Shown: piece after piece, positions 9,694 to 19,325 of the stretch | How the letters are laid out: the number at the start of each line of letters is the position of its first letter | How positions within the stretch are numbered: position 1 is the first letter of the stretch | Assembly: GCA_051892935.1 (NCBI GenBank) | Contig: JBJFGS010000039.1 | Coordinates: forward strand, 1 to 37,158 | Direction of reading: 5' to 3' | From: Candidatus Coprovivens sp. | Lineage (GTDB): Bacteria; Bacillota_I; Bacilli_A; RF39; UBA660 | DNA length: 37,158 nt | Program-made: the position numbers and the translations under genes | The notes under the pieces: generated by a model | Told to the model about the DNA's origin: nothing | The model's database searches: none | Seen by the model: the letters and a program-made list of their open reading frames with translations, nothing else

Positions 9694-12094
9694 AGAAACG
9701 GCCGCCTCCGCCACCTCCACCAAATGATCCACCACCTGATGAGAAGCCACCTCCGCCTCCACTACCTGATGACCATGATGAACCTCCTGATGAACCACTT
9801 GAGCTTGATGCTGATTTAGCTACTGCGTTACTATATGATTCTCTGATGCCTTTATTAATACTGTCACTCATTATATAGCTTATATGAATATCTGTAAAAA
9901 TACTATCGTTATCAGTATTTGGTATTTCTTTTACTTTTATTTTCATTGCCTTTTCTACTTTATCTGCACAATCTAGAACTGTTGCATATACTAAGTATTC
10001 TTTCCATAGTTTTACTTCGCCTACTTCTTTGATATCCATTTTACCAAAGTCTAGTAAGAATCTTTTAAATGCTTTCCAACGACTATATTCGTTTGCTCCA
10101 GTTTGTGTACGTTTTTTACAACTGCATGCATAAATTAGTGCTACTATGATTAATAAAATAACAGAAATTGGTAACCAGTAATTTATTTTGATTATTTCAA
10201 GATTAATACTATAATAGATTATACTTATTATTGTACCTACCATTAAAATTATAAGAACTAAAATCGACACAACTTTACTTGTACTTTTTTTAATTTCTAA
10301 ATTTTGTTCATTTGGTTTAGATTTTGTTGTAATTAAAAACATCATTATTATGGCTGGAATTGTTAAAATTATTGTTTGAAGCATTAGAAAAAATATAATA
10401 ATTATTATAATTTCAAATGCTTTTCTTCCAGTTTTTTTCTTATATTTTGATTGTTTATCGTCAATGTATATATCTTCAGCAATTGCTTCTTTGGTACACT
10501 TTTCAATTACCTTATCCCACCTTTTTATAAATGAGCGATACGATGAAGAAGCTTTTTTCTTTATATCGCTAAGTTTAGCATTGTCTTCTTTATTTAAAAG
10601 TAGTTCTACTATAGCTGTTTCTTTTTCACTTAGATTCCCTTTATAATCCTTATTTCTTTTAATTATATAGTCTTCTTTTTTATCTTGGGTTTTCTCACAT
10701 AAGATTATTTTTTTATTAATTAAGTTCATTATTTCTGCTGATATAGCTTTATTAGTTATTTTTCTTTTAAATAAGTAATCAACTGTTGATGGTGAGTAAT
10801 GGTTTGGTATTTCTCTTAGATATGGCGCGTTAAAGGAAACTCTATATTCTCTATCATGAAAATAATAAATATATATAATAATTATTATTACAACTATCGT
10901 TGTACTTATTAAGTATAGTTTATATTTTTCATATTGTTCTTGTTCTTTTTGAGTTATTTTATCTTTTACTATTTGAAGTCTGTTAAGTAATTCATTTTGT
11001 AATTCTTTGTTAGTTAATTTTGCTGATGATAAATAAGCATTTTTATACATTGTGTAATCTAAATATCTTTCTGCTTGTTCAACTTTATCTTTGGCATTTC
11101 TTTCTTCTATTTCAGTTATACGTAAATCTAATTCTTCAAGTTGACTTAAGTAGTATTCCTTTTTTTCTTTTGTAGTAACTAAATTAACTAATCTTACAGC
11201 TTCGTTGTAGCATGTTCTATTTAGTGTGTTGTTGCATTCCCAGATTTTTTCCTGAGCAGCTGTTTGGTTTTTGTATTCTTGTTGTTGTCTTTCGTAGTTA
11301 GCTTGGGCTGCTTGATTTTCTTCATAATTTAATATTTTTGATAAAGCATTAACTCCTGTCTTTTTATTTGATAGTTGAATTACTTCTTTGTCAAAAGTTG
11401 CTCTAACATCAACGCTCTTATATGCACTAAGATTTTTTATTTTAGCTATTAAAGTATTATTATTTTTAGAGCTTACGTTGCCATTTAGTGGACCATGTGC
11501 CCAAACACGTAATTCTTCTTTATTATTCGGAAAATTGATTGTGATACTAAGATTTTCTATGTCTTCTTGCATTTTTGTAAAAATGTTCCAACCAAGTTCA
11601 CCTACATCTTCATGAAGAATTGCTATATTAGTGATGGTGTAATCTAAGTAGAAGGATTTTCCTTTTGATGATGGGAGATATATTGTATATGTATATCCAC
11701 TATAATTACTAGTCATAATATAGACACCATAATCTCCTTTGTTAGCACTTCCTACTGAAGTGAAGATATCCCCTTGGACATTGTTAAAATCGAAATTACT
11801 ATCTACATTAACAGCTCTTATTTCGTTAAGTATAATGTTTGAACCATTATGTAATTCGCTTCCACCATATGCTTCTAATTCGGGTTTGAACTCATAAGCG
11901 TCAGTGTTTTTAAATTCAACGATTCTTTGAAATCCGTTGTATGTTCCTTCTAAGTTAAAATATTCTCTTACTCTAAGATTTCCATTTTCTTCTAGTGTTG
12001 CGTTAATATAAAAGTTTTCAATTCCTTCTGCATAAATAATTATAGGAAATAATATAAATAATACATATACAATTTTAAGTAAACTCTTTTTCAT
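9692..12094 (-). CDS. DUF2207-family membrane protein
   Basis: Signal peptide; ELGWNI and VWAHGPLNG; YLREIP; WKAFKRFL and WKEYLVYATVL; Ser/Gly tail ending GGGGGGRF. Confidence 0.9.
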   Translation of the reverse strand: MKKSLLKIVYVLFILFPIIIYAEGIENFYINATLEENGNLRVREYFNLEGTYNGFQRIVEFKNTDAYEFKPELEAYGGSELHNGSNIILNEIRAVNVDSNFDFNNVQGDIFTSVGSANKGDYGVYIMTSNYSGYTYTIYLPSSKGKSFYLDYTITNIAILHEDVGELGWNIFTKMQEDIENLSITINFPNNKEELRVWAHGPLNGNVSSKNNNTLIAKIKNLSAYKSVDVRATFDKEVIQLSNKKTGVNALSKILNYEENQAAQANYERQQQEYKNQTAAQEKIWECNNTLNRTCYNEAVRLVNLVTTKEKKEYYLSQLEELDLRITEIEERNAKDKVEQAERYLDYTMYKNAYLSSAKLTNKELQNELLNRLQIVKDKITQKEQEQYEKYKLYLISTTIVVIIIIIYIYYFHDREYRVSFNAPYLREIPNHYSPSTVDYLFKRKITNKAISAEIMNLINKKIILCEKTQDKKEDYIIKRNKDYKGNLSEKETAIVELLLNKEDNAKLSDIKKKASSSYRSFIKRWDKVIEKCTKEAIAEDIYIDDKQSKYKKKTGRKAFEIIIIIIFFLMLQTIILTIPAIIMMFLITTKSKPNEQNLEIKKSTSKVVSILVLIILMVGTIISIIYYSINLEIIKINYWLPISVILLIIVALIYACSCKKRTQTGANEYSRWKAFKRFLLDFGKMDIKEVGEVKLWKEYLVYATVLDCADKVEKAMKIKVKEIPNTDNDSIFTDIHISYIMSDSINKGIRESYSNAVAKSASSSSGSSGGSSWSSGSGGGGGFSSGGGSFGGGGGGGRF

Positions 12095-12170
12095 AACTAA
12101 TCCTCTATTCTCTATATTAATTTTATTATATAGATGAATTTATTACAAGAATAGTTTTAAATTTTTGTAT

Positions 12171-12204
12171 AAAAAAATGTTGAATTTAATCAACATTTTT
12201 TAGT
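12171..12204. repeat. 34-bp direct repeat copy 1 (terminator of the adhesin gene)
   Basis: AAAAAAATGTTGAATTTAATCAACATTTTTTAGT, identical to 18409-18442. Confidence 0.9.
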
Positions 12205-15200
12205 TTAGAATTCTTTTTTTGGCTATTAGAAGAGCACTTAAAACGATTGATAACATTATTGTATAATTCATATAATTATTGTCTACTTTTGTTTCTGGAG
12301 GTAATTCTGGTTCTACTGAACCTGTACCTTCTTTTTCATATATGTATATTACTTCAATAGTGCCATCTATGTATCTTCCTTCTTCGTTTCCTTTTACATC
12401 GGCTAATACATATCCTTCTATTTCTTTTCTTGATGTTTTGTAGGCTTCTCCTACTAAACCACTAATAGTATCGCTTTCTATGATTTCGTTATTTTGTTTA
12501 TCATAGTACTTTATAATTACTTTTCCTTTTACTTCTAAATCTGTTTCAGTTTTATCTTCAGAAGTTATTGGATCAATAGTTTCTAATTCTAATTTAGTTT
12601 TAACATTGTTTACTATTACTCTTTCTTCTGGATTTAAGTTTTCATAGTATATAGTTATATTATAATTTAATTCTATTATACTATTCTCTTGATTATAAGT
12701 ATTTACATCATATTCTTTTTTCCAAGTAATAGTTAATGTTTCTTCGTTGTAAATGCCATCTGCTAAAGATGATTTTTCTACATTAATAGGATGAGATAAT
12801 GCATCAACAATTGTTATTACTGCTTTACCTTCATATTCATTTAATTCTGTTTTATATTTGATTGTATAGTTAAATGCATCATTTATACTTGTTACTTTAG
12901 TATTTGTTGCTTTTTTACTAACTTCATTATATTTAACTTCAGCTGGTATTCTATCATAATAATACATTACTATTGTAGTTTCTTCTTTGTATTCACCAGT
13001 TTTATTGTCTGGAGTTTTACTTAAAGTATAGCCATTGAATTTTTTAGCTTCTGTTGTGTAAGTGTATCCTACATAATCAGTTTTAGTTTCTATTTCTAAT
13101 ATTTTTTCGTTTCCATCAGAATCTTTGTAAATATGTTTAACAATTAAGTCACCTTTTATATTAGCAATAATTTTTTCTTGGGCTTCTTTTCCTTCACTAT
13201 TATTAGTTTCAGTTTTTATTTGACCCTCTACTTTATTTACTACCTCTTTGTCTGATGCCATATTGTTATATATCAATTTAATATTCTTTGTAATATTTAC
13301 TGAATATTGACCATTTTGGAATGTATTTATGCCATTTATAGTTTCTGTCCATGTAATAGTTTTATTTGTAGCATCGTATATACCACCATCTAGGTCTGAT
13401 GAAGAATTAATTGCATATGGTAAATAATCTACTATTTTTACTGTTGCAGTTCCTTTATAATCAGTTATTTTTGCTGTATATACTATTTGATAATCAACTA
13501 TAGTTTTTGAAGATGTAATTTCTTCGATAGTTGAATTTTTAGATATATTTTCATCATCTATTTTGGCTATTTTTCTAGTATATTCATAAATAACAATAAT
13601 ATCTTCTTCTGTATATTTACCTGAATAGTTATCAGGAGTAGCAACTAGTTCGTATCCCTCAATGTTTTTTGCTTCAGTTTGATATGCGTTTCCTACTTTA
13701 TCTGTAGTTGTGATGCTATCTATTAATTTTGTTGTTGTATCTTTTAAGTAATAATGAGTTATTACTTTTCCTTTAATATTTACATTAGTATCATGAGTTG
13801 CTTCTTTTATAGAATCTGGAGTTCCTTCAAGATCATCTTCTAATGTAGCACTTACTTTGTTAGTATATTTTTCAATACTTGCATCAATATTTTTATAGTA
13901 CACTTGTATTGATTTTGTTATATCTATTACAAGTTTTTCTTTAGCTTCGTTGTTAGAGAATGTTTCTGTCCATGTAATAGTTTTATTTGTAGAGTTATAT
14001 GTTCCTCCATCAAGATTATTTACTTTTGTTTCATCTAATTCATATGGAAGAGTATCTACTATTGTAACGGTAATATTTCCTTTATAGTTTTCTACTATTG
14101 CATCATATGTAATAGTGTATTCGTTTTTATCAGAACTATTTGTTATTTCAGTTGTACCTGTTTTTGTTACTACTGGATTTTTAGGAGTTGCTCCAAGACG
14201 TTTGTAGATATATGTTACTTCGATTGTACCTTCTATATATTTTCCGTTAGAATTACTTGGAGTAGTATATAATTCATATCCAGGTATTGTTACTGATGAT
14301 GTTTGGTATGTTGTTCCTACTTTACCTGTTGTTGTAACATTAGAACTTAATGTATTTCCTTCTGAATCCTTATGGTAAGTTATAACAGTTCCGTTTATGT
14401 TTACTGGTACTTTTTCTTCATCTCTAGCATATTCAGGATCTGTTGTTTCAACTTCGATAGTTCCATTTACTTTATTTGTTATTTCATCTAGAGTTGCATC
14501 TAAATCTTTATAAACTACAGTATATTCTAGTGATCCAGATATTGTTTCAGAATCTGATGTTTTATCTGCATATGTATTTATTGATTTTTTAATTTCCCAT
14601 TTTATTGTTTTACTTGTTTCATCGTATGTTCCACCAGCTAAATTAGATTTTGTTTCATCTATTTTAAATGGTAGAGTATCTACGATTGTTATAGTAACTG
14701 GTCCATTATAATCTTTTATAGTTGTATCATATGTAATTGTGTATGTTACTTCATCTTTGGAACTTGTTATTGTTTTAGTTTCAGCTGTTTTATTAATTTC
14801 TGTATCTGTTATTTGTGCAGCTACTCTTTCGTAGTAATAAATAACTGTTGTAATGCCTTCTTTATATTTACCAGTAGCATTACTAGGTGTACTAATTAAT
14901 GTATATCCATCAAATGTTTTTGCAGTAGTACTATAAGGTGTACCAATTTTTGCTTCAGTAGCTGGTTGAGTTGGAGTTAATTCTATATAATTACCTTCGG
15001 CATCTTGATATAGGTATTTAACTACTAATTTACCTTTTATATCTACTGGAGTATCTTCAGTTATTTCTTTTTCTTTATCTGGAGCTGTAGAAACTTCTAC
15101 TTTTGATGTTGCTGTATTACTTACTATAGTTTCAGAGCCATCAAATTCTGGATAGTTATAGTATACACTTATTTCTTTTTCTATCTTAATATCTTTTGGA

Positions 15201-17332
15201 CCATTTGTATATGTATCAATATTAGATACTGTTTCTGTCCATGTAATAGTTTTATCCGTAGCATTATATGTTCCACCAGCTAATGATGATTTTGAAGTAT
15301 CTATTGTATATGGCAATTCATCTACTATTGTAATAGTTGCATTTCCTTTATAATCATTTATTGATGTTTCATATGTAATAGTATAATCTACTGCTTCTTT
15401 TGCTGTTGTAATTGAATCTGGTCCATCTTTAGTAAATGTTGGATTTTCAATATCTGCAGGTTTAATTGTATAGTAGAAAGTTATTACATTACTATTGCTA
15501 TCTGTTCCAAGTTTTATTGTTTTACTACTAGCTTGACCTGTTGCAAGATTGTAACCAGTTATAGATATAGCATTTTCTGTTACGTTATCAAATACATATT
15601 TATCTGTTACTAGTTTTGAAGAAGCTAATTCTTTGTTTGTTCCTTCTTCTAAATATTTAACTGTATAGCTAGTTGGATTTTTTTCTACTTTAATAGTAAT
15701 TGTTGATGTATTACTTGTTACTTCGTATTCTGTTCCATCTATTGTTACTTTACTAACTACATGATATTTTATTTCGTATTTTTGACTATTCTCACCAGCA
15801 CATCCTTCAGTTGAAGTATATGTAAATGTTCCATCATCTTTTACAGAAATTGTTCCACAAGTTGGATTATTCTCGATAACTATTTCATCTGTTACAGATG
15901 AATCTGTTAAAGCTCCTGTTGGTTTGTCTGTATGAATTTCTGTTGAGTCATTATTTAAAATGCTATCAGCAGATTGAATTGTAATTGTATTACCTTCTTT
16001 TACTATATAGTTGGTTGAATAATCATCATCTTCAGTTACTTTGCTTATTGCAACTACTGGTTTATTGAATTCTAATGAAATATTCTTATTTTGATAATAT
16101 GTATTATCTTCTGTAGCAGTTGCTTCGAATGTAGCTGCGACGTTAGTATACATTGCTCCGTAATGATCTTCATCAGCTTCTACTTCGTATTCGATTGTGT
16201 ATGTTCCTTGTACTGAACTTATTTCATCATATTTAACTTTGATGGTAGTTGTACCATCTTCGTTATCTATTATAATGATATCGTTTCCATATTTTTCTAA
16301 TAATGTATTTTTAGCTTCATCTGTTAATTTAAAGCTTGCTGGAATAGTATCTGTTACTGTTGCATTAGTAGCTAAAGTATTTTTGATTGAGCTAGCAATT
16401 TTAGAAAATGCGCTTTTTAGTTCATCTGTATCAGTAGCTGAATATGCGTATGTTTTTTCTTTTGTTTCTGTTGATGCAATTTGATTTGTTAAGAAGTCTG
16501 CTATATCACTAGCACTTTCACCAAATCCGATTGCATAAATCTCTGCACTAATTGGTGCTGATTTTATTGATGTTGCTGTTTCTTCAGCTACATCTGATGG
16601 TTTGTTTACGTGTCCTGATTCTGTAACTACTTTGCAGTCGGAATCGTTATCTACTCTGTCGTTTTGTCCATCACCACATAATGTATTATTTTTACCATCG
16701 AAGAATGTTGGTTTTCCATCAGATAATACGATAACAATTTTGGTATCGGCAGTTGATGATGCCAATTGACTTTGAGCTGCCTTTAATCCAGCATGAATAT
16801 TAGTTCCATTATTCTGAACTTTTGTCAATGAGTTGATTTTTGCTTCTACAGCATTTCTATTATTTGTTAATGATATAGAATTATCACTTTCATAGTAAGT
16901 ACCGAATGAAATGAAACCAACTCTAACATTACCTGTTCCACTTGTTGGGATTAGTTCTTCTACTAAGCCAATAGCAGCAGCTTTAGCAACTGCAAGACGA
17001 CTATCTTTTTCTTTACATTCTTTTTTTTCTATTGTTTCTCCGAACCAGTTTTTATCTTTTATTATTTCATATTTTGTACATACATCGTAGTTCATACTTG
17101 AAGAATGGTCTAGAACAAATATTATATCAGCTGTGGATTGTTTCAATTCTGAAGTTTGAATTTCTAATGTAACCTTAGCTTTACGATCTGATGTTGCAAC
17201 TGCTGTTTTATTTAATGTTATTTTACCTGATGTGTCTTCGGCTTTTCCTATTTGAAAAGCATTAAATATGGTAAATGTTATTATAAATAAAACACTTATG
17301 GCTGATGCTATTACTTTTCCTTTCTTTTTCAT
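12200..17332 (-). CDS. Cell-surface adhesin: vWA domain, six MucBP-like repeats alternating with five Ig-like repeats, C-terminal anchor
   Basis: Signal peptide; MIDAS motif DHSSS..T..VLSDG; GY.L...G.Y......V.Y.Y repeats; IVD.LP...GG.Y...TITW repeats; hydrophobic segment plus KKR tail. Confidence 0.9.
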   Translation of the reverse strand: MKKKGKVIASAISVLFIITFTIFNAFQIGKAEDTSGKITLNKTAVATSDRKAKVTLEIQTSELKQSTADIIFVLDHSSSMNYDVCTKYEIIKDKNWFGETIEKKECKEKDSRLAVAKAAAIGLVEELIPTSGTGNVRVGFISFGTYYESDNSISLTNNRNAVEAKINSLTKVQNNGTNIHAGLKAAQSQLASSTADTKIVIVLSDGKPTFFDGKNNTLCGDGQNDRVDNDSDCKVVTESGHVNKPSDVAEETATSIKSAPISAEIYAIGFGESASDIADFLTNQIASTETKEKTYAYSATDTDELKSAFSKIASSIKNTLATNATVTDTIPASFKLTDEAKNTLLEKYGNDIIIIDNEDGTTTIKVKYDEISSVQGTYTIEYEVEADEDHYGAMYTNVAATFEATATEDNTYYQNKNISLEFNKPVVAISKVTEDDDYSTNYIVKEGNTITIQSADSILNNDSTEIHTDKPTGALTDSSVTDEIVIENNPTCGTISVKDDGTFTYTSTEGCAGENSQKYEIKYHVVSKVTIDGTEYEVTSNTSTITIKVEKNPTSYTVKYLEEGTNKELASSKLVTDKYVFDNVTENAISITGYNLATGQASSKTIKLGTDSNSNVITFYYTIKPADIENPTFTKDGPDSITTAKEAVDYTITYETSINDYKGNATITIVDELPYTIDTSKSSLAGGTYNATDKTITWTETVSNIDTYTNGPKDIKIEKEISVYYNYPEFDGSETIVSNTATSKVEVSTAPDKEKEITEDTPVDIKGKLVVKYLYQDAEGNYIELTPTQPATEAKIGTPYSTTAKTFDGYTLISTPSNATGKYKEGITTVIYYYERVAAQITDTEINKTAETKTITSSKDEVTYTITYDTTIKDYNGPVTITIVDTLPFKIDETKSNLAGGTYDETSKTIKWEIKKSINTYADKTSDSETISGSLEYTVVYKDLDATLDEITNKVNGTIEVETTDPEYARDEEKVPVNINGTVITYHKDSEGNTLSSNVTTTGKVGTTYQTSSVTIPGYELYTTPSNSNGKYIEGTIEVTYIYKRLGATPKNPVVTKTGTTEITNSSDKNEYTITYDAIVENYKGNITVTIVDTLPYELDETKVNNLDGGTYNSTNKTITWTETFSNNEAKEKLVIDITKSIQVYYKNIDASIEKYTNKVSATLEDDLEGTPDSIKEATHDTNVNIKGKVITHYYLKDTTTKLIDSITTTDKVGNAYQTEAKNIEGYELVATPDNYSGKYTEEDIIVIYEYTRKIAKIDDENISKNSTIEEITSSKTIVDYQIVYTAKITDYKGTATVKIVDYLPYAINSSSDLDGGIYDATNKTITWTETINGINTFQNGQYSVNITKNIKLIYNNMASDKEVVNKVEGQIKTETNNSEGKEAQEKIIANIKGDLIVKHIYKDSDGNEKILEIETKTDYVGYTYTTEAKKFNGYTLSKTPDNKTGEYKEETTIVMYYYDRIPAEVKYNEVSKKATNTKVTSINDAFNYTIKYKTELNEYEGKAVITIVDALSHPINVEKSSLADGIYNEETLTITWKKEYDVNTYNQENSIIELNYNITIYYENLNPEERVIVNNVKTKLELETIDPITSEDKTETDLEVKGKVIIKYYDKQNNEIIESDTISGLVGEAYKTSRKEIEGYVLADVKGNEEGRYIDGTIEVIYIYEKEGTGSVEPELPPETKVDNNYMNYTIMLSIVLSALLIAKKRILN

Positions 17333-17470
17333 ATTTTCTCTCCTTTTTATTGATTACCATATAACGGAGCTTTTTTTATATGATAGTCAATTTATTTTTT
17401 TGTTGGTATTACCAACTTTTGGTGAAAATAATTATGATCTATATCAATTTATATTGAATGCTCGAGATAC

Positions 17471-17525
17471 AAAAAGGCCGAACTTAGTTAATTAATAATA
17501 ATTATTAATTAATAGTCGACCTTTT
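17471..17525 (-). terminator. Long terminator-like hairpin upstream of the adhesin gene
   Basis: AAAAGGTCGACT..TTAATTAATAA / TTATTAATTAA..AGTTCGGCCTTTTT. Confidence 0.7.
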
Positions 17526-17528
17526 CAT
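17505..17528 (-). CDS. Putative 7-aa leader peptide MKRSTIN
   Basis: AAGGTGA-taat-ATG, the same RBS and spacing as real starts at 25344 and 30171; ORF lies on the 5' arm of the hairpin. Confidence 0.4.
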   Translation of the reverse strand: MKRSTIN

Positions 17529-17580
17529 ATTATCACCTTATCCCCTGAGCAAAGATGCAATTTCACCATTTGCGTTGTTT

Positions 17581-17609
17581 ATATTAATTGAAAATACTTT
17601 TTTTGTCAA
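17581..17609 (-). promoter_or_regulatory. Sigma-A-type promoter
   Basis: TTGACA-N17-TAATAT. Confidence 0.65.
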
Positions 17610-17804
17610 CTTCCAATCTAATTATTTTGGAAAATTGCTCCTATTTTTTATTAATTTTATTAAAAATGTTTTAATTTTATTAATAATTTATTTTTTTTTA
17701 ACAAAAAATAATCCACTAGCCTAGCTAGTGGTTTTTCTCTGACGCCTATATGGCTAACATTCCTGCATTGCTTCAAAGCGCACCCACGACTCGCACTTGC
17801 AGTG

Positions 17805-18266
17805 CTATTTCTTGCTACCCGTAAACGGGTTAATTTTATCGATTGTTAATTGTTCAGACAGATGGTCCTCTTTTAATTGTTCATCTATATAGTTTCGAAT
17901 CATTTCTGCATTTTTACCTGCTGTATCAACATAATATCCTCGGCACCAAAATTGTCTATTTCCATACTTGAATTTCATGTTGCCCCAGCGTTCATATATC
18001 ATCGCACTACTTTTTCCTTTCAAAAATCCCATGAAACTCGATATGCTCATCTTTGGTGGGATTTCTAACAACATATGCACATGGTCAGGACATACTTCTG
18101 CCGTTATTATATTTACTCCTTTCCATTTACATAACTCTCTCAATATTTTTCCTATTTCCAATCTATTATCACCATAAAACTCTTTTCTTCTATACTTTGG
18201 TGCAAATACTATATGGTACTTACAATTCCATTTTGTATGTGATAAACTATTAATGTCTTTCCACAT
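17805..18266 (-). CDS. tnpA: IS200/IS605-family Y1 (HUH) transposase
   Basis: YHIVFAPKYRR, DHVHML (HUH), LKGKSS, FWCRGYYVDTAG and IRNYI (catalytic Tyr). Confidence 0.97.
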   Translation of the reverse strand: MWKDINSLSHTKWNCKYHIVFAPKYRRKEFYGDNRLEIGKILRELCKWKGVNIITAEVCPDHVHMLLEIPPKMSISSFMGFLKGKSSAMIYERWGNMKFKYGNRQFWCRGYYVDTAGKNAEMIRNYIDEQLKEDHLSEQLTIDKINPFTGSKK

Positions 18267-18275
18267 GGATTGACC

Positions 18276-18340
18276 ACTCCTTTTCTCAATGTATTTTTAT
18301 TTGCAATTGCGAGTCGCAAATATATAATACCAAAAGGAGT
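18276..18340 (-). promoter_or_regulatory. Stem-loop occluding the tnpA RBS
   Basis: ACTCCTTTT...AAAAGGAGT inverted repeat covering the RBS, as described for IS200 leaders. Confidence 0.65.
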
Positions 18341-18408
18341 TTTTTTATTGAAGACTCAACGCTAAAGCTAAACTGAACCCCCAGACAATCTGGGGGTTTT
18401 ATCATACA

Positions 18409-18442
18409 AAAAAAATGTTGAATTTAATCAACATTTTTTAGT
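18409..18442. repeat. 34-bp direct repeat copy 2 (terminator of the sortase gene)
   Basis: Identical to 12171-12204. Confidence 0.9.
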
Positions 18443-18443
18443 A

Positions 18444-19235
18444 TTACTTTAATTCTATGGCAGTTATAACATAATATGTTTTATCATCACTATATGAACA
18501 TGTTTGAATTGTTAAAATATTGGAATCTTTATCATATGGTACACTTCTAGTATAGACTGAATCTGAGATTAAATTTTGAACATGATTTACAAATTCTTCA
18601 TTTTCTTTAAAAACATACATATGCTCGTTACCAGTTGTTTCTTTTATAGATACTATTTTATAGATTCTAATTCCGCCATCATGTTGTAATAATATATATG
18701 GTGTTTTATCAAATGTATCTTTATCAAGAAGTTTTTCTATTTTTCTAAATGGAATATCGTATGTACGTGAATTATGTCCGTATATGTTTACTTGTTTGGA
18801 AGTCGGAGTTATACGATAATCCATGAATTCTGTACCTTTGACATCTTTTTTCTTCTCTATTGAATGATCAAGATAATATTTATTATCACTAGATTGAGTA
18901 ATTAGTATATTGAATAAGTTAGGAATTTCTAAGCGAGCAACTATTTCAGGATTATTATATTTGTTACGATATGTATCTAAGTTTATGTCAGATGAAAAAT
19001 ATTTTTTGGCTATTTCATATTCTGATGGTTCTTCTTTAATATTGTCTTCTTTTTCAGGCTCTTTTTCTATTTCTTTATTTTCTATATCTTTTAAATCTAT
19101 CTTATCTTGATTTAGATAGTTAGAACTTTTTTGATCAGAAGATATTAGTTTATTTATGGAAAGACACAATAATATTAGTAATAAGATTATTGATATTAAA
19201 TAGAATAACTTTTTTGTTGGTGTATCTTTTTTCAT
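18444..19235 (-). CDS. srtB: Class B sortase
   Basis: N-terminal anchor; DNKYYLDH, GTEFMDYR, IYGHN and LTIQTCSY motifs. Confidence 0.85.
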   Translation of the reverse strand: MKKDTPTKKLFYLISIILLLILLCLSINKLISSDQKSSNYLNQDKIDLKDIENKEIEKEPEKEDNIKEEPSEYEIAKKYFSSDINLDTYRNKYNNPEIVARLEIPNLFNILITQSSDNKYYLDHSIEKKKDVKGTEFMDYRITPTSKQVNIYGHNSRTYDIPFRKIEKLLDKDTFDKTPYILLQHDGGIRIYKIVSIKETTGNEHMYVFKENEEFVNHVQNLISDSVYTRSVPYDKDSNILTIQTCSYSDDKTYYVITAIELK

Positions 19236-19325
19236 TGTAACTTTCCTTTCTCGTTTTACTACGACTTTATTTTATCATATTTATTTTGTTCTTTACTAGA
19301 GTTATTTTTCTTTTACTTTTATTAC

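Larger units (their letters stand above)
17709..18405 (-). mobile_element. IS200-type insertion sequence, TnpA only, about 700 bp, ends approximate
   Basis: Subterminal hairpins CCACTAGC-cta-GCTAGTGG (17713-17731) and AACCCCCAGA-caa-TCTGGGGGTT (18376-18398) flank tnpA; locally higher GC; sits at the T-tract of a terminator. Confidence 0.85.

Noticed and set aside
9692-9815. GC-rich low-complexity stretch as foreign DNA or an RNA gene
   Set aside because: It is the normal Ser/Gly tail of DUF2207 proteins.
17530-17580. Known riboswitch (c-di-GMP, glycine, TPP, fluoride)
   Set aside because: Conserved aptamer cores were not found by eye; kept only as an unknown leader.
17701-18413. ACAAAAAA on both IS flanks as a target-site duplication
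   Set aside because: Low complexity, and Y1 transposases do not generate such duplications; better explained by T-tract targeting.
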